Source: a virus
Taxonomy: Duplodnaviria > Caudoviricetes
Virus record (IMG/VR): IMGVR_UViG_3300045120_000279
Span: 1 to 59,289 of that record
DNA length: 59,289 bases
Reading direction: 5' to 3' (one strand)
Below, in pieces: positions 11,101 through 18,317 of the stretch; within the stretch, counting starts at the first letter, position 1, and every line of letters starts with the position of its first letter. The position numbers and the translations under genes were made by a program. A model generated the notes under the pieces. That model was not told the DNA's origin. It did not search any database and saw nothing but the letters and a program-made list of their open reading frames with translations.

Positions 11101-14034
11101 GAGGGTCGAACAGTTCAGGAGTTGCCGGACTATATCCACAAGGAAGATTGGGACAAGGTCCGCAAGGTGCTGGACGGAATGGGTCGCCGATCAGAGGTTA
11201 TGGGTCCAGTCAGGAATGATGGGGATGCCATGATGCGATTGCAGAGCATGGCCACGGAGCCCGAAAAAGAATGGGACTGGGTGCCAACGCACTACATCGC
11301 CAAAGGTCCAGATTCCGCAATGATGGGCGAGCATTACGGGATCACAACTTCCGAGAAAAATGCCATCAAGGATTTCTTTCGCAAGGCCGCCGGGACTCCG
11401 TTTGGACGAAGGGAGATATTGGACTGGTCGGTGAAGAATGTGTCCGATCCAACCTATCGGCAGCAGCTCAGCGAGCTGCGCAATGATCTCTACCCAACTG
11501 AATCAAAGACCGCCCGATTCCCCATGGAGCAGGGCGAGCTGCCATTCTCCCTGCGCCGCTCCATCCCCAAGAACGCTGGCAAGTTTGTGACCGACGCCAT
11601 CAAGGGTGGCGCGTCCTGGTATGACGAGTGGATGGTGGACCGGATGGAACGCCTGGGTGGCGACAAGGCGGCCGAGGCGGGCAGCGCCATGCGCGGCATC
11701 ATCGACCGGGCCAAGGAAGTTTACGGTGAGCTGACGCCCACGTTGGACCCGGCCAAGACGTTGGCTGCTGGGTCGGAGATGATCGAGAACTCCCGCACGT
11801 TCAAGAAGCTGGGCAAGACGATCAGCGGCATTGTGGGCCAGATTCCCAGCCTCACCCAGCTGCGCGCGGTGCACTGGGCCAACAAGCTCACCGAGACGCC
11901 ACGCTACAAGTGGACGGCCGTCAGCAACGTGGTCGGCATGTTCGAGGGTGGCGCCACCGTGCCACCGTTTGCACAGCGCCTGGCAGACGCGGCCAAGGCG
12001 GCAAACCTGGACATTGGCAAGGCGCTGGAGTCGGTCAGCCACTTCTTCAAGGCGACCGGAAAGTTCCAGCGTAACTTCACCGCTGCCGCCTACGACATTG
12101 TGCGCAACGGTCGTGGGCTGGAGTGGCGGCGCTGGACCAAGGGGCTGGCGCTTGAGAACGGCATGCCCGTGGATGAAGTGCGCCAGATTTTCCGGGACAT
12201 GAAGGAGGAGCTGGACAAGCCCGGCATCGACATTGGCCACCTGGAGAAGATGAACCAGGACTTCAACCGGAAGCTGCCCAAGGTGGTGACCCACCTGAAG
12301 GTGAACGGGATGTGGGAGCCGCTCGTCCACGCCGACCTGTTCAACTACCTGGAGAACACGGCGCAGCGCGCAGCCCATCTGAAGGCTTTCCGGGAAACTT
12401 TTCCCAATACTCCCGCAGGACGGTTGAAGCTGGAAGAGATGCGTAAGTCGGTCAGCACCGAGATGGGTGCCAGCGGTCAGGCGTCGTTCGATGCGCTGAT
12501 CAAGACCATGCAGGGCATCCCGACCGACCAATACACGCCGGGATTCCCGGGGCAGGCTGCACGCACGATCAACAACACTGTGGGCAACCTGCTCGCCAAG
12601 ATGGCACTGACCGGACAGATTTTCGTGCAGCCGGGTGAGAACCTGGCGGGCAGCACGCCGGTGTTCCTGGGCTACAAGAATTACATCCGGGGCATGGCTC
12701 GGATTGCCGAGCTGTATCCCGAGCTGGAGAAGATGGGCGCGGTCAACCGGGCGATGCACGACTTCTCCGTCAACCAGAACTCTCCCATTCGCTCAGCATT
12801 CCGAGCGGCCGGCAACGTGGTGTCCAAGGCGTCCATGCAGCAGGCGTTGAACGAGCTGCAAGAGGCGTCCGCCGCTGCCACCGCCCACGTGGTGGCCGAG
12901 CGCATCTCCACGAACAATCTGACCAAGTGGGAGAAGCGCATGCTGCCGCAGACCTTCAAGGCCATGGGCTTCAACCCGGAAGAGATCGCTGGCATCATGC
13001 AGGGTGACGAGGCATTGCTCGGCCAGTTCGTGCGCAAGGCGGCGGCTTTCCTGACCTCCGGTAACCGAGCCATCTCCGAGGGCAGCAAGATCGGGGCGAA
13101 CCGGCTGGTCAACTCCATCTTCCGGTTCCAGTCCTACCCGATGATGAAGATCAACCAGCTGCGCAAGGTCACCGGCAACATGGCTGAGGCGTGGACCAGC
13201 GGCAACGCGCAGCAGAAGCGGGCGTCCACCGAAATGTTTGCCCGGTTCATGCTGGGCAACACCATGCAGGGTGCGGCTACGGTCGCCATCACATCGCTGT
13301 TCTTCGGTGGGGCCACCGGTCTGGGCATCACCTTGAAGGAGGCGGCCGACCAGAAATTCAAATTTCTGGTGGAGAGTTTCATGGCCACCGCCACCGGCCC
13401 ACTCTACCTGGCCATGCGCGGCATGAAGGACAAGGGCACGCCGGGTGTGACCGACTCCCTATTGCGGATGATCTTCCCCTACTCGGCCACGACCGAGCTG
13501 ATGGACATGACGCAGAGCAAGGGGCGTTACCGGGACCAGGACGTGACCGAACGCATTGGCACGTTCATTGGCGCGCGGACGCCGGGCACGCGGGCGTTGG
13601 CACAGGGGCTGGCGTTGTTTGGACTGTCGCGTGACGACAAGAAGCTGGACACCGCCATGACGGCGTTGTTCCGGTGGAAGCGGGACAAGTTTGGGTTTGA
13701 TGAAAGCCGGCAGTATTTGAAGGACGACCCGTCGAAGGAATTCAAAATCCAGATGCGCAAGGCGGTCATGGCCATGCGGCGTGGTGATGTGGATGCGTTC
13801 CAGGACGCCTACATGGCAGCGGCAGGGGAGAAGGCTGACTTGGGGAAGAAGGGAGGAGTCTCGTTCAGCGCCCGCAAGGTGATGCGGACCGCCACCGGCG
13901 AGCCACTGGACGAGGACCAGAAGGAAGAGTTGCGTCAGCGCATTGGCGATGACGCGGTGGACCGGCTGGAGTATTACGACCTGATGTTGGATGCCGCCGG
14001 CACTGGCACCATGGTCCCAGGTTACGACCAATGA
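5158..14034 (+). CDS. Giant internal virion / polyvalent-type protein (~2,958 aa)
   Basis: Single 8.9-kb ORF, probable ATG at 5158 (MPTDWSEF). Ala/Gly-rich N-terminus, degenerate zincin-like segment, seven PxSxRR motifs, C-terminal FRFQSYP-type region typical of large ejection proteins. Confidence 0.75.
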   Translation: MPTDWSEFTADDSAAAAGVDWSQFEADTNAVAKAPAPALPRNSEVAPQDTSNYFLNPPPSPTSPELEGIYAKARKDARPTKAQLADQQAEIAARGEVGLTDYLASPFTAAARIGWKATGRALQGLDALAASTPPGILNDMEFDPEWDKKRAAMTPEQKRKELEAGPLFQFGQGMHDTAGESFVNVDPEGIPTKLGEGAGGFLPAVLTGPLAPAVFGLQTAGEQLTQGYDELIKQGADPGTAADTAAKRAVQNGTMQGLLFEFLPKPLKSIGDTALDKLAYEGTKRWLAGRVANTAKGAAFGAGTQVAANLSNEHPWYEGIGEAAAGMALIDAIMPRGMTKAEVKEYRQNALDADITRQQVEFNITREAFRKHLREKAQLTDEHLGELDRLQYAVKKGDTLTPEQADRLKALEFLTGAEKNVLLPEQKAMVDQVAKEQGIDWREQTEEGMGHDQYTGRVAYYDTKAGKVVINPAELSLVMSGIKPARRKAYLESLLAEENIHGMVTDKQAVDFVRNATLAEKEAAVRRYTGTASGRTLEEGKKISEVELGHEMIRAKIQQLMGIKPTELASSSAGLHRELTAGLLKIENIIQAVREVAARENKDKPVNLQNAILETVWHKINTVKEQAGVDRENQPFSVRRSDVEAMTPEEQSKLGHKAGIEYGITLGKDDVPALEKSYNQAQEEMGKIFEGGYDQSKEKKWAAAFGRSNFYGGALQGATKGEHKAAAGNYDLYVKSQQQPASVRRPDYSKTEGDIEDHLKTVEQGIHFVSTLMGKPKELREEADKLESFIMDRIHDIDEKEGTNYHEDAPPSEFSVKMPDELMDLSPGIHNLEQALEWVGRLRHREIVNRTDQQGFSPASLRRGEKLKDRLQRQAAELRLRKLEAEGVPIPEELKKTLGLREHGTVEQPTPVPPEERTSTNFPRLTSKTMEAEAEAEINRPTNAKGKLKMAEAKSEIGRNNPAPGEKVSRMRVEAERPSFDRFAKKMRDVTVDVKKEQLQEIWADRVWGELTKASPERLAELRKALGLEGKYGSRAMGEDPLGRRDITGPEKAPEVTSEQAMRQREILRKRIAKLEEDAKQKLRDADNYEANVTEESAKPREGELFGATDQGQALRQQAFELRYKATVMRRSLEAAGDESRTLRRKADVRPMTHVPMGEVLKEASGEAKKRLTELQSQLKSMEDAGVPSDDKDVIRVENEIEDLQQKVRGESGVLNRPNRPAERAGMAGVSQAAYRQKVIRAIAQQLIGESYKHENRRANMDRTEISVDDVDFTNKKTQVGSYYEITPGDLEIKRDAHGNVPDITPPLLAKILRDQARGKNTDPESASRRVLVVVGPDNKVHLLSVYNDAGRTMVTDPEVRGSHRPYRELTSGFIKKYHPVSTLLLKDPVKGLRQELTGMAEFRDRIGQEAKERSEVGDNLLEGLHPEQHDVEGTAGLEGNMGLFQGPKAGNMDLEQRNPALHSKAPLSRLEAFMVSKYESTREVRDAIEDLQLNLKEGRKLSPRGVVLVNAFRKISERIEAGRKMNPEISSDPELSQQQTIDRVANRLMWFNQSPTPVKAMLREFGSQLPESLPRNSEVGREIQTPPKYSPNLHRAFRRGSDKPMLPRVPIKPPTRQDVFAGPFQRKAAPSGELGADRPYIPEGMKAEAPGEREAGIKEERGYQLEEMRDRALRNVIRTMRKRGKVVPVDVALKNIGDMTPSDIAEMKLRGPMSTRRVEIPTDLTWIGKAENLSDMFRRFQRAASMALENKDKGQSLKMAKQALDWFEIYHEQMRQGLRDEEFTTKIPGPDSQAESEFQDKVRQAIPLAEQAKKVLADWIKREEGEQSFPASVRRDYVHDLTGAQEKKVPFTPTSNYWMDRDGNVYKVLDHEDGAYKIIQSSDNKSTTKGFSDTSELIHKRGFARIALDRDRNYGVFVQANDITPSQRKALKRISEDHNIGVTWDQWPGGKQELFKPWSPSSVRREKIKRYWDPDVENRGEGRTVQELPDYIHKEDWDKVRKVLDGMGRRSEVMGPVRNDGDAMMRLQSMATEPEKEWDWVPTHYIAKGPDSAMMGEHYGITTSEKNAIKDFFRKAAGTPFGRREILDWSVKNVSDPTYRQQLSELRNDLYPTESKTARFPMEQGELPFSLRRSIPKNAGKFVTDAIKGGASWYDEWMVDRMERLGGDKAAEAGSAMRGIIDRAKEVYGELTPTLDPAKTLAAGSEMIENSRTFKKLGKTISGIVGQIPSLTQLRAVHWANKLTETPRYKWTAVSNVVGMFEGGATVPPFAQRLADAAKAANLDIGKALESVSHFFKATGKFQRNFTAAAYDIVRNGRGLEWRRWTKGLALENGMPVDEVRQIFRDMKEELDKPGIDIGHLEKMNQDFNRKLPKVVTHLKVNGMWEPLVHADLFNYLENTAQRAAHLKAFRETFPNTPAGRLKLEEMRKSVSTEMGASGQASFDALIKTMQGIPTDQYTPGFPGQAARTINNTVGNLLAKMALTGQIFVQPGENLAGSTPVFLGYKNYIRGMARIAELYPELEKMGAVNRAMHDFSVNQNSPIRSAFRAAGNVVSKASMQQALNELQEASAAATAHVVAERISTNNLTKWEKRMLPQTFKAMGFNPEEIAGIMQGDEALLGQFVRKAAAFLTSGNRAISEGSKIGANRLVNSIFRFQSYPMMKINQLRKVTGNMAEAWTSGNAQQKRASTEMFARFMLGNTMQGAATVAITSLFFGGATGLGITLKEAADQKFKFLVESFMATATGPLYLAMRGMKDKGTPGVTDSLLRMIFPYSATTELMDMTQSKGRYRDQDVTERIGTFIGARTPGTRALAQGLALFGLSRDDKKLDTAMTALFRWKRDKFGFDESRQYLKDDPSKEFKIQMRKAVMAMRRGDVDAFQDAYMAAAGEKADLGKKGGVSFSARKVMRTATGEPLDEDQKEELRQRIGDDAVDRLEYYDLMLDAAGTGTMVPGYDQ
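5272..5293. repeat. 22-bp palindrome, exact copy, in frame (LPRNSEV) in giant protein
   Basis: CTACCTCGGAATTCCGAGGTAG read directly. Confidence 0.97.
9877..9898. repeat. 22-bp palindrome, exact copy, in frame (LPRNSEV) in giant protein
   Basis: CTACCTCGGAATTCCGAGGTAG read directly. Confidence 0.97.
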
Positions 14035-14037
14035 TTT

Positions 14038-14175
14038 ATGCCAAAAGCCTACATTAAAATGCGTGACGCCATGAAGAAAGAGTATGGCGCCAAACGTGGA
14101 ACTGTGATCGCCGCCAAGACCTGGAACAAAGCCCACAAGGGCACAGGTCAGACGGTGGGTCGTGGCCGCCGCTAG
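14038..14175 (+). CDS. Small basic protein (45 aa), not in the ORF track
   Basis: ATG 3 nt after the giant-gene stop: MPKAYIKMRDAMKKEYGAKRGTVIAAKTWNKAHKGTGQTVGRGRR*. Confidence 0.6.
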   Translation: MPKAYIKMRDAMKKEYGAKRGTVIAAKTWNKAHKGTGQTVGRGRR

Positions 14176-14372
14176 AGCCGGGGCATTGTATCGCCACCCA
14201 GTTCCGACAGCAGACGGCAGGCATCCTTGTGGGACGCCTGCGTCAGCTGCCAGAGGGTGAGCGCCGTGCCGCGTGTGACCGTCTCCTTTGCCATGGCCTC
14301 CATGAAGGCGCATGACTTTTTCTGGGAGGCAATGATCTCCTGGAACAGGCGCTGTCGTTCAGGTGCGGTCAT
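14172..14372 (-). CDS. Hypothetical protein
   Basis: Abuts the upstream minus-strand gene; last gene of the leftward arm. Confidence 0.5.
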   Translation of the reverse strand: MTAPERQRLFQEIIASQKKSCAFMEAMAKETVTRGTALTLWQLTQASHKDACRLLSELGGDTMPRL

Positions 14373-14552
14373 TCAATTCTCCTGATGCAACGCCAGCGAG
14401 CGGGGCTCCGCTGGGTTGGTGATCTCAATGATGTCATAGGCCCCGTTCTTCATCATGTTCAGCGCCTCTTCCGGGCTGAGCGGATGCTCCAACGTCAGGT
14501 GATTCCACAGCTTGAGCCGGGAGTCCACCGTGAGGTAGTGGTATTTTTTCAT
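14373..14552 (-). CDS. Hypothetical protein (MKKYHYLTVDS...)
   Basis: ATG at 14552 overlaps the stop of the RusA-like ORF (ATGA coupling). Confidence 0.55.
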   Translation of the reverse strand: MKKYHYLTVDSRLKLWNHLTLEHPLSPEEALNMMKNGAYDIIEITNPAEPRSLALHQEN

Positions 14553-14941
14553 GCGGTGGTGATGATGGTTATTTCCGTGCGCTCCTCTTTTTCCGTGTGA
14601 ACCTTTTCGGAGCAGACCCGTCCAGTGAGCACACACCATTTGTCGTCTGGGATGACCTCAGCTTGGACAAGTAGGTCCTGTATTGCCTTGATGTCGTATC
14701 CGTCATAATCGCAGGGGCGCGTGGAGTAGACGACAAATGTGATCTCAAAGCGTTTTGCAGTGCCATACCAGCACGGCGCTTCTCCCTCACCAATACCGAC
14801 CAGTGGACCCCTTTGAGTTGGTTGCGGGTGCACGGCACATACCCCGGCAGAACCAGGGTGAACTTTGGTCTCGTCTTCATGTTTTACTTGGTCTTCGATT
14901 CGTTTTCTGAGTTTGGGGTCGAGGGTGGATAACTTGATCAC
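14549..14941 (-). CDS. RusA-like Holliday junction resolvase (catalytic half; see frameshift finding)
   Basis: RPCDYDGYDIKAIQDLLVQAEVIPDD...ERTEITI resembles the RusA DxDN..K...D.L....DD pattern. Confidence 0.6.
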   Translation of the reverse strand: MIKLSTLDPKLRKRIEDQVKHEDETKVHPGSAGVCAVHPQPTQRGPLVGIGEGEAPCWYGTAKRFEITFVVYSTRPCDYDGYDIKAIQDLLVQAEVIPDDKWCVLTGRVCSEKVHTEKEERTEITIITTA

Positions 14942-15771
14942 GGCTTCCTCCAGATCAGTTGACTGGTCATGCTGTCGAAGTGTTGCTTGGTCCCACCCTT
15001 CTGCACGAACCCGCGCAGGTCCTTGGTGGGCAGGGTAAGGATGCAGCTCGGAATTCCGAGGTGCTCCGAAAGGCCGATGGCGCCTTGAATTCCCGGGTTG
15101 ACCACATGGCCGTTGACCTCCCGGTCGTTGTCCACGTCGGCCACGATGACCGCGCGACGCACGTGAGTATTCTTGATGTAATCCTGGAGCATGAAGATGC
15201 CCCCAGAGCAGTTGAACCGGCCAATGGGCAGCAGCCCGATGGATAGGCCGGCCGCACAGTCAGTCGGCCCCTCCACGATGACGATCTCCGACTTCTCGGG
15301 GATGCCACCCGGAATGAACAGGCCGTTGTGGCCTCCGGGATTGCACCACTTCTTGCCGTCCATGGCCCGCATACGGATGCCAATGAGGTGGCCCTTGCCG
15401 TCACGCATTGGGAAGCCCAGCACGTCGGCCCGGTGAGCCCGCACGCAGCCCAGCAACTGCAACGAGTCAGCCCTGACTCCGATTTGAGCGGCGGCGTGTT
15501 CCAGGTGCTGGAATGTGGTTCCAGACAGCCAGCGGTTGTAAATTTCCGAGCTGTTAAAAAGTGGCTCAGGTTTTTTACGCGCGGGCCGTGTGGGGATTTG
15601 ATAGCTGCCGTTCTTGGCGTGCAGGTAGCCGACGGTGCCGTCGGTGAATACTTTCTGGCGAGAGCTGGTAACCCGCATGCAGATGTCAATGTCGATGCCG
15701 CTGAGGCACCAGGTGTCCTTGCTGCATACCTTGCAGGGATGGGCCCGTCCCACCCGGGTGAACTTACTCAC
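14938..15771 (-). CDS. DNA primase-like protein (Zn finger + TOPRIM)
   Basis: PCKVCSKDTWC Zn finger; FPMRDGKGHLIGIRMR; IVIVEGPTDC and VIVADVD TOPRIM motifs; probable GTG start at 15771. Confidence 0.8.
   Translation of the reverse strand: MSKFTRVGRAHPCKVCSKDTWCLSGIDIDICMRVTSSRQKVFTDGTVGYLHAKNGSYQIPTRPARKKPEPLFNSSEIYNRWLSGTTFQHLEHAAAQIGVRADSLQLLGCVRAHRADVLGFPMRDGKGHLIGIRMRAMDGKKWCNPGGHNGLFIPGGIPEKSEIVIVEGPTDCAAGLSIGLLPIGRFNCSGGIFMLQDYIKNTHVRRAVIVADVDNDREVNGHVVNPGIQGAIGLSEHLGIPSCILTLPTKDLRGFVQKGGTKQHFDSMTSQLIWRKP
15043..15064. repeat. Palindrome variant inside primase gene
   Basis: GCAGCTCGGAATTCCGAGGTGC; 14-bp core intact; translated as HLGIPSC. Confidence 0.85.
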
Positions 15772-16051
15772 TCTTGGCCTCCTCCGGTGGTTGTAGGTTG
15801 AGCTGGAGCGTGCGCATCTCCGCCAAGATTTCCTTGAGGGTGGCCAGACGCCCTTCGCGCCAAGCCACCTCACGAGTGAGAATCTTAATGTCCTCCCGCA
15901 GACCCGATATGCGGTTGCCCTCCATGGTGTCACGCAGGCGGGTGCACAACAGGTCCTTGTTGACGATCTCCTGATTGGTCTGGACGATCTCGTTGAGGTA
16001 GCGGTCGATCAGCTCCACCACCTCCGCCTCGTCCTTGTAGAATCGCTTCAT
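15764..16051 (-). CDS. Hypothetical coiled-coil protein
   Basis: Overlapping start/stop with both neighbours. Confidence 0.6.
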   Translation of the reverse strand: MKRFYKDEAEVVELIDRYLNEIVQTNQEIVNKDLLCTRLRDTMEGNRISGLREDIKILTREVAWREGRLATLKEILAEMRTLQLNLQPPEEAKSE

Positions 16052-16275
16052 GGGAAAACAGTTGGGGGATAAGCTTTGGGGTTGGAAACCATCTTTTTGG
16101 CAAGACTGGCAATCTCGGAAGAATAGCTCGATGCAATGTCACTTCCGCCATTTCCATCAAGGCCATTTCGCTCGCAGAACTTGTCATATTCGTAGTCACT
16201 CCAAACTGACTCACTCAACACGTAATAACAGTATTGATGCGCCAGCATGATGTCTTTTGCTGTTGGTTTTTTCAT
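16048..16275 (-). CDS. Stand-alone NAD+-dependent ligase domain Ia-like protein (75 aa)
   Basis: AHQYCYYVLSESVWSDYEYD matches the LigA domain Ia H.Y.YY......SD.EYD motif; ATG at 16275. Confidence 0.65.
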   Translation of the reverse strand: MKKPTAKDIMLAHQYCYYVLSESVWSDYEYDKFCERNGLDGNGGSDIASSYSSEIASLAKKMVSNPKAYPPTVFP

Positions 16276-16279
16276 GGGT

Positions 16280-16672
16280 TCAAAACGGAACGTCGTCGTC
16301 TTTGGTGTCCGAGGCGTTGCCGTGGTCAACCGTAGGAGCTGCCGGCGGTCGGTCGTTGGTCCGGCGCTTGGTTGAGTCAGAGGCGTTGCCCAGGATGGCG
16401 GTCTCCACCTTGGCGTCCCGCTCCTCCTTGGTCTTGTCTTCGGCAATGAAGTGCGTCTGGTCGTCACGCCAGTCGCCGAACTGGGATGGCTTCTTGTCGA
16501 AGGCCACCAGGTCCAGGTAGTAGGGCGTGTGGCCATCCTTCTCCCTGCCCACGAAGATGCGGGCTTCCGTGATGTCGAGGAACGTGCCGAACTTGCCGTC
16601 GGGACGTTGCTTGGTGCCTTTGACTACTTTCACTCCGGTCATTTTTGCGAGGTCGATTTTAATTTTGATCAT
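16280..16672 (-). CDS. Single-stranded DNA-binding protein-like
   Basis: Acidic C-terminal tail DDDVPF; replication module context. Confidence 0.6.
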   Translation of the reverse strand: MIKIKIDLAKMTGVKVVKGTKQRPDGKFGTFLDITEARIFVGREKDGHTPYYLDLVAFDKKPSQFGDWRDDQTHFIAEDKTKEERDAKVETAILGNASDSTKRRTNDRPPAAPTVDHGNASDTKDDDVPF

Positions 16673-16679
16673 GGGTTTC

Positions 16680-18317
16680 CTATCGCTTCCATCCGTTGTT
16701 TGCGAGGGAGTTCAGGGCGTTGGAAGCCGCCTCGAAGCTCATGTTTGGGTCGTTGTAGCCGTAGCGTCTGAGAGTGGCAACCTGCTTGATGGTTGCCAGC
16801 TTTTTGTTCATGCGCTCGAACATGGCATTGAGCACCTGACGCGCGTGGGCGTAGGGCATCTGGTCTGGGTTCATGCCGGCCCGCAGGAGGACAGCCTTCT
16901 GCTTGTCGGATAGCTGCTTTCCCTGGTCCCAGCCACGCTCCTTGACGGGCGTGAGTTGGAGCAGGTCGAACGGGTCGATGGTCTTGGTGTTGAACCTGGC
17001 CTTGGCCACCACTCTGGCCTTGCGGGCCTCCTCGGCCAGTCGCCGGGCCTCGATCTCGTCCCTGATCTTCTGCTCCTCGGCGTCCAGGGCGTCCGTGATC
17101 CGCACCGCACCACCAGTCTCCTTGGCCTTGGCAATGGCCATCTCTACCGCCCGGTCACTGACCTTACCGCCCAGAATGTCGGCTGCGCTGATCAGTTTGT
17201 GCCTTCCAGAGTTCCCCACGAAGTCCACAATGAGGCAGGAGGGCTTGCCTGAGGCCGCTATGGCCGCTAGGCGGCCTTCTGGAGTCGGGATGCCATCAAC
17301 CAGTCCAGGAAGGGTCCTGGTCGCTCTACCGGCCATCTGAGCGTAGAGGGAACGGCTTTTGGTGGGCCTGGCCATGATGATAACCTCCACCCCAGGGTCG
17401 TCGAACCCCTCGGTCAGGACGCCGCAGTTCACAATGACCTGCACCTCTCCCCGCTGGAACGCAGCCAGCATGTCCCGCCGCTCGTCCTTGTTGGTCTTGC
17501 CGCATACCCAGTTGGCCATGCCCTGCCGGTGGCGGTTGAAGATGTTGCACAGCATCTCGGCCTGGGCCACGCCAGCGGTGAACACAATGGCCCGCCGCTT
17601 GCCCACAATGTCGATGGTGGCCGACGCCACGCCTTGTAGCTTGTCCTCGGCTTCCATGACCTTGGCCAGGTCGGCCTGGTTCAGATCACCAGCCGTGGTG
17701 CGCATGTCTCCGAAGTCCAGACCAGCAATGCTGACAAACTGCTGGTCAATGGGCACTAGCCAGCCGCCGTGAATGAGGTCCAGGATTTCAATGTCCATGG
17801 CCACCGTCTCGAATATCTGGCCAAGCGCCTCCTCGTCCGTGCGGTCGGGTGTGGCGGTGACGCCCAGAATCTTGATCTCGGGATTCCGAGCCTTGTAGTA
17901 GGCCATCACCCGTCGGTAGCTGTCGGCCGTGCTGTGATGGCACTCGTCGAAGATAAGGACTCCAAAGTCCTTGGGGTCGAACTGCCGCATGCGCTCGCCG
18001 GAGTTCTGGGTCTGCACCGTGGAGACAATGACCGGCATTTCACCGAGCAGGTCAGCCTCGGATCGGAAGTCGCCCATCTCCACGCCGCACTCCAGCCCGG
18101 TGACAGACTTGATCTTGTTACGCGCCTGCCAGATCAACTCCTCCCGGTGTGCTATGACCATGGCCCGTCTGGGCTGCATTGATTGAATGACCATGGCGAA
18201 CACCATGGTCTTGCCACCGCCGGTTGGAAGAACTGCAACCGTTGATGTTACACTTTTCCACTCCTCGATGATGTTGTCGTGCGTTTCGGTCTGGTAATCC
18301 CTGGGTTGGAATTTCAT
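16680..18317 (-). CDS. Superfamily 2 (DEAH/ResIII-like) DNA helicase
   Basis: PRDYQ, LPTGGGKT, DECHH, TAT, LTEGFDDP and QMAGRATR motifs. Confidence 0.93.
   Translation of the reverse strand: MKFQPRDYQTETHDNIIEEWKSVTSTVAVLPTGGGKTMVFAMVIQSMQPRRAMVIAHREELIWQARNKIKSVTGLECGVEMGDFRSEADLLGEMPVIVSTVQTQNSGERMRQFDPKDFGVLIFDECHHSTADSYRRVMAYYKARNPEIKILGVTATPDRTDEEALGQIFETVAMDIEILDLIHGGWLVPIDQQFVSIAGLDFGDMRTTAGDLNQADLAKVMEAEDKLQGVASATIDIVGKRRAIVFTAGVAQAEMLCNIFNRHRQGMANWVCGKTNKDERRDMLAAFQRGEVQVIVNCGVLTEGFDDPGVEVIIMARPTKSRSLYAQMAGRATRTLPGLVDGIPTPEGRLAAIAASGKPSCLIVDFVGNSGRHKLISAADILGGKVSDRAVEMAIAKAKETGGAVRITDALDAEEQKIRDEIEARRLAEEARKARVVAKARFNTKTIDPFDLLQLTPVKERGWDQGKQLSDKQKAVLLRAGMNPDQMPYAHARQVLNAMFERMNKKLATIKQVATLRRYGYNDPNMSFEAASNALNSLANNGWKR

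Noticed and set aside
5272-14313. Long minus-strand ORFs opposite the giant gene, and similar ones at 49034-50272, 51846-53324 and 58196-58948
   Set aside because: Antisense shadows of GC3-biased genes with no recognisable motifs
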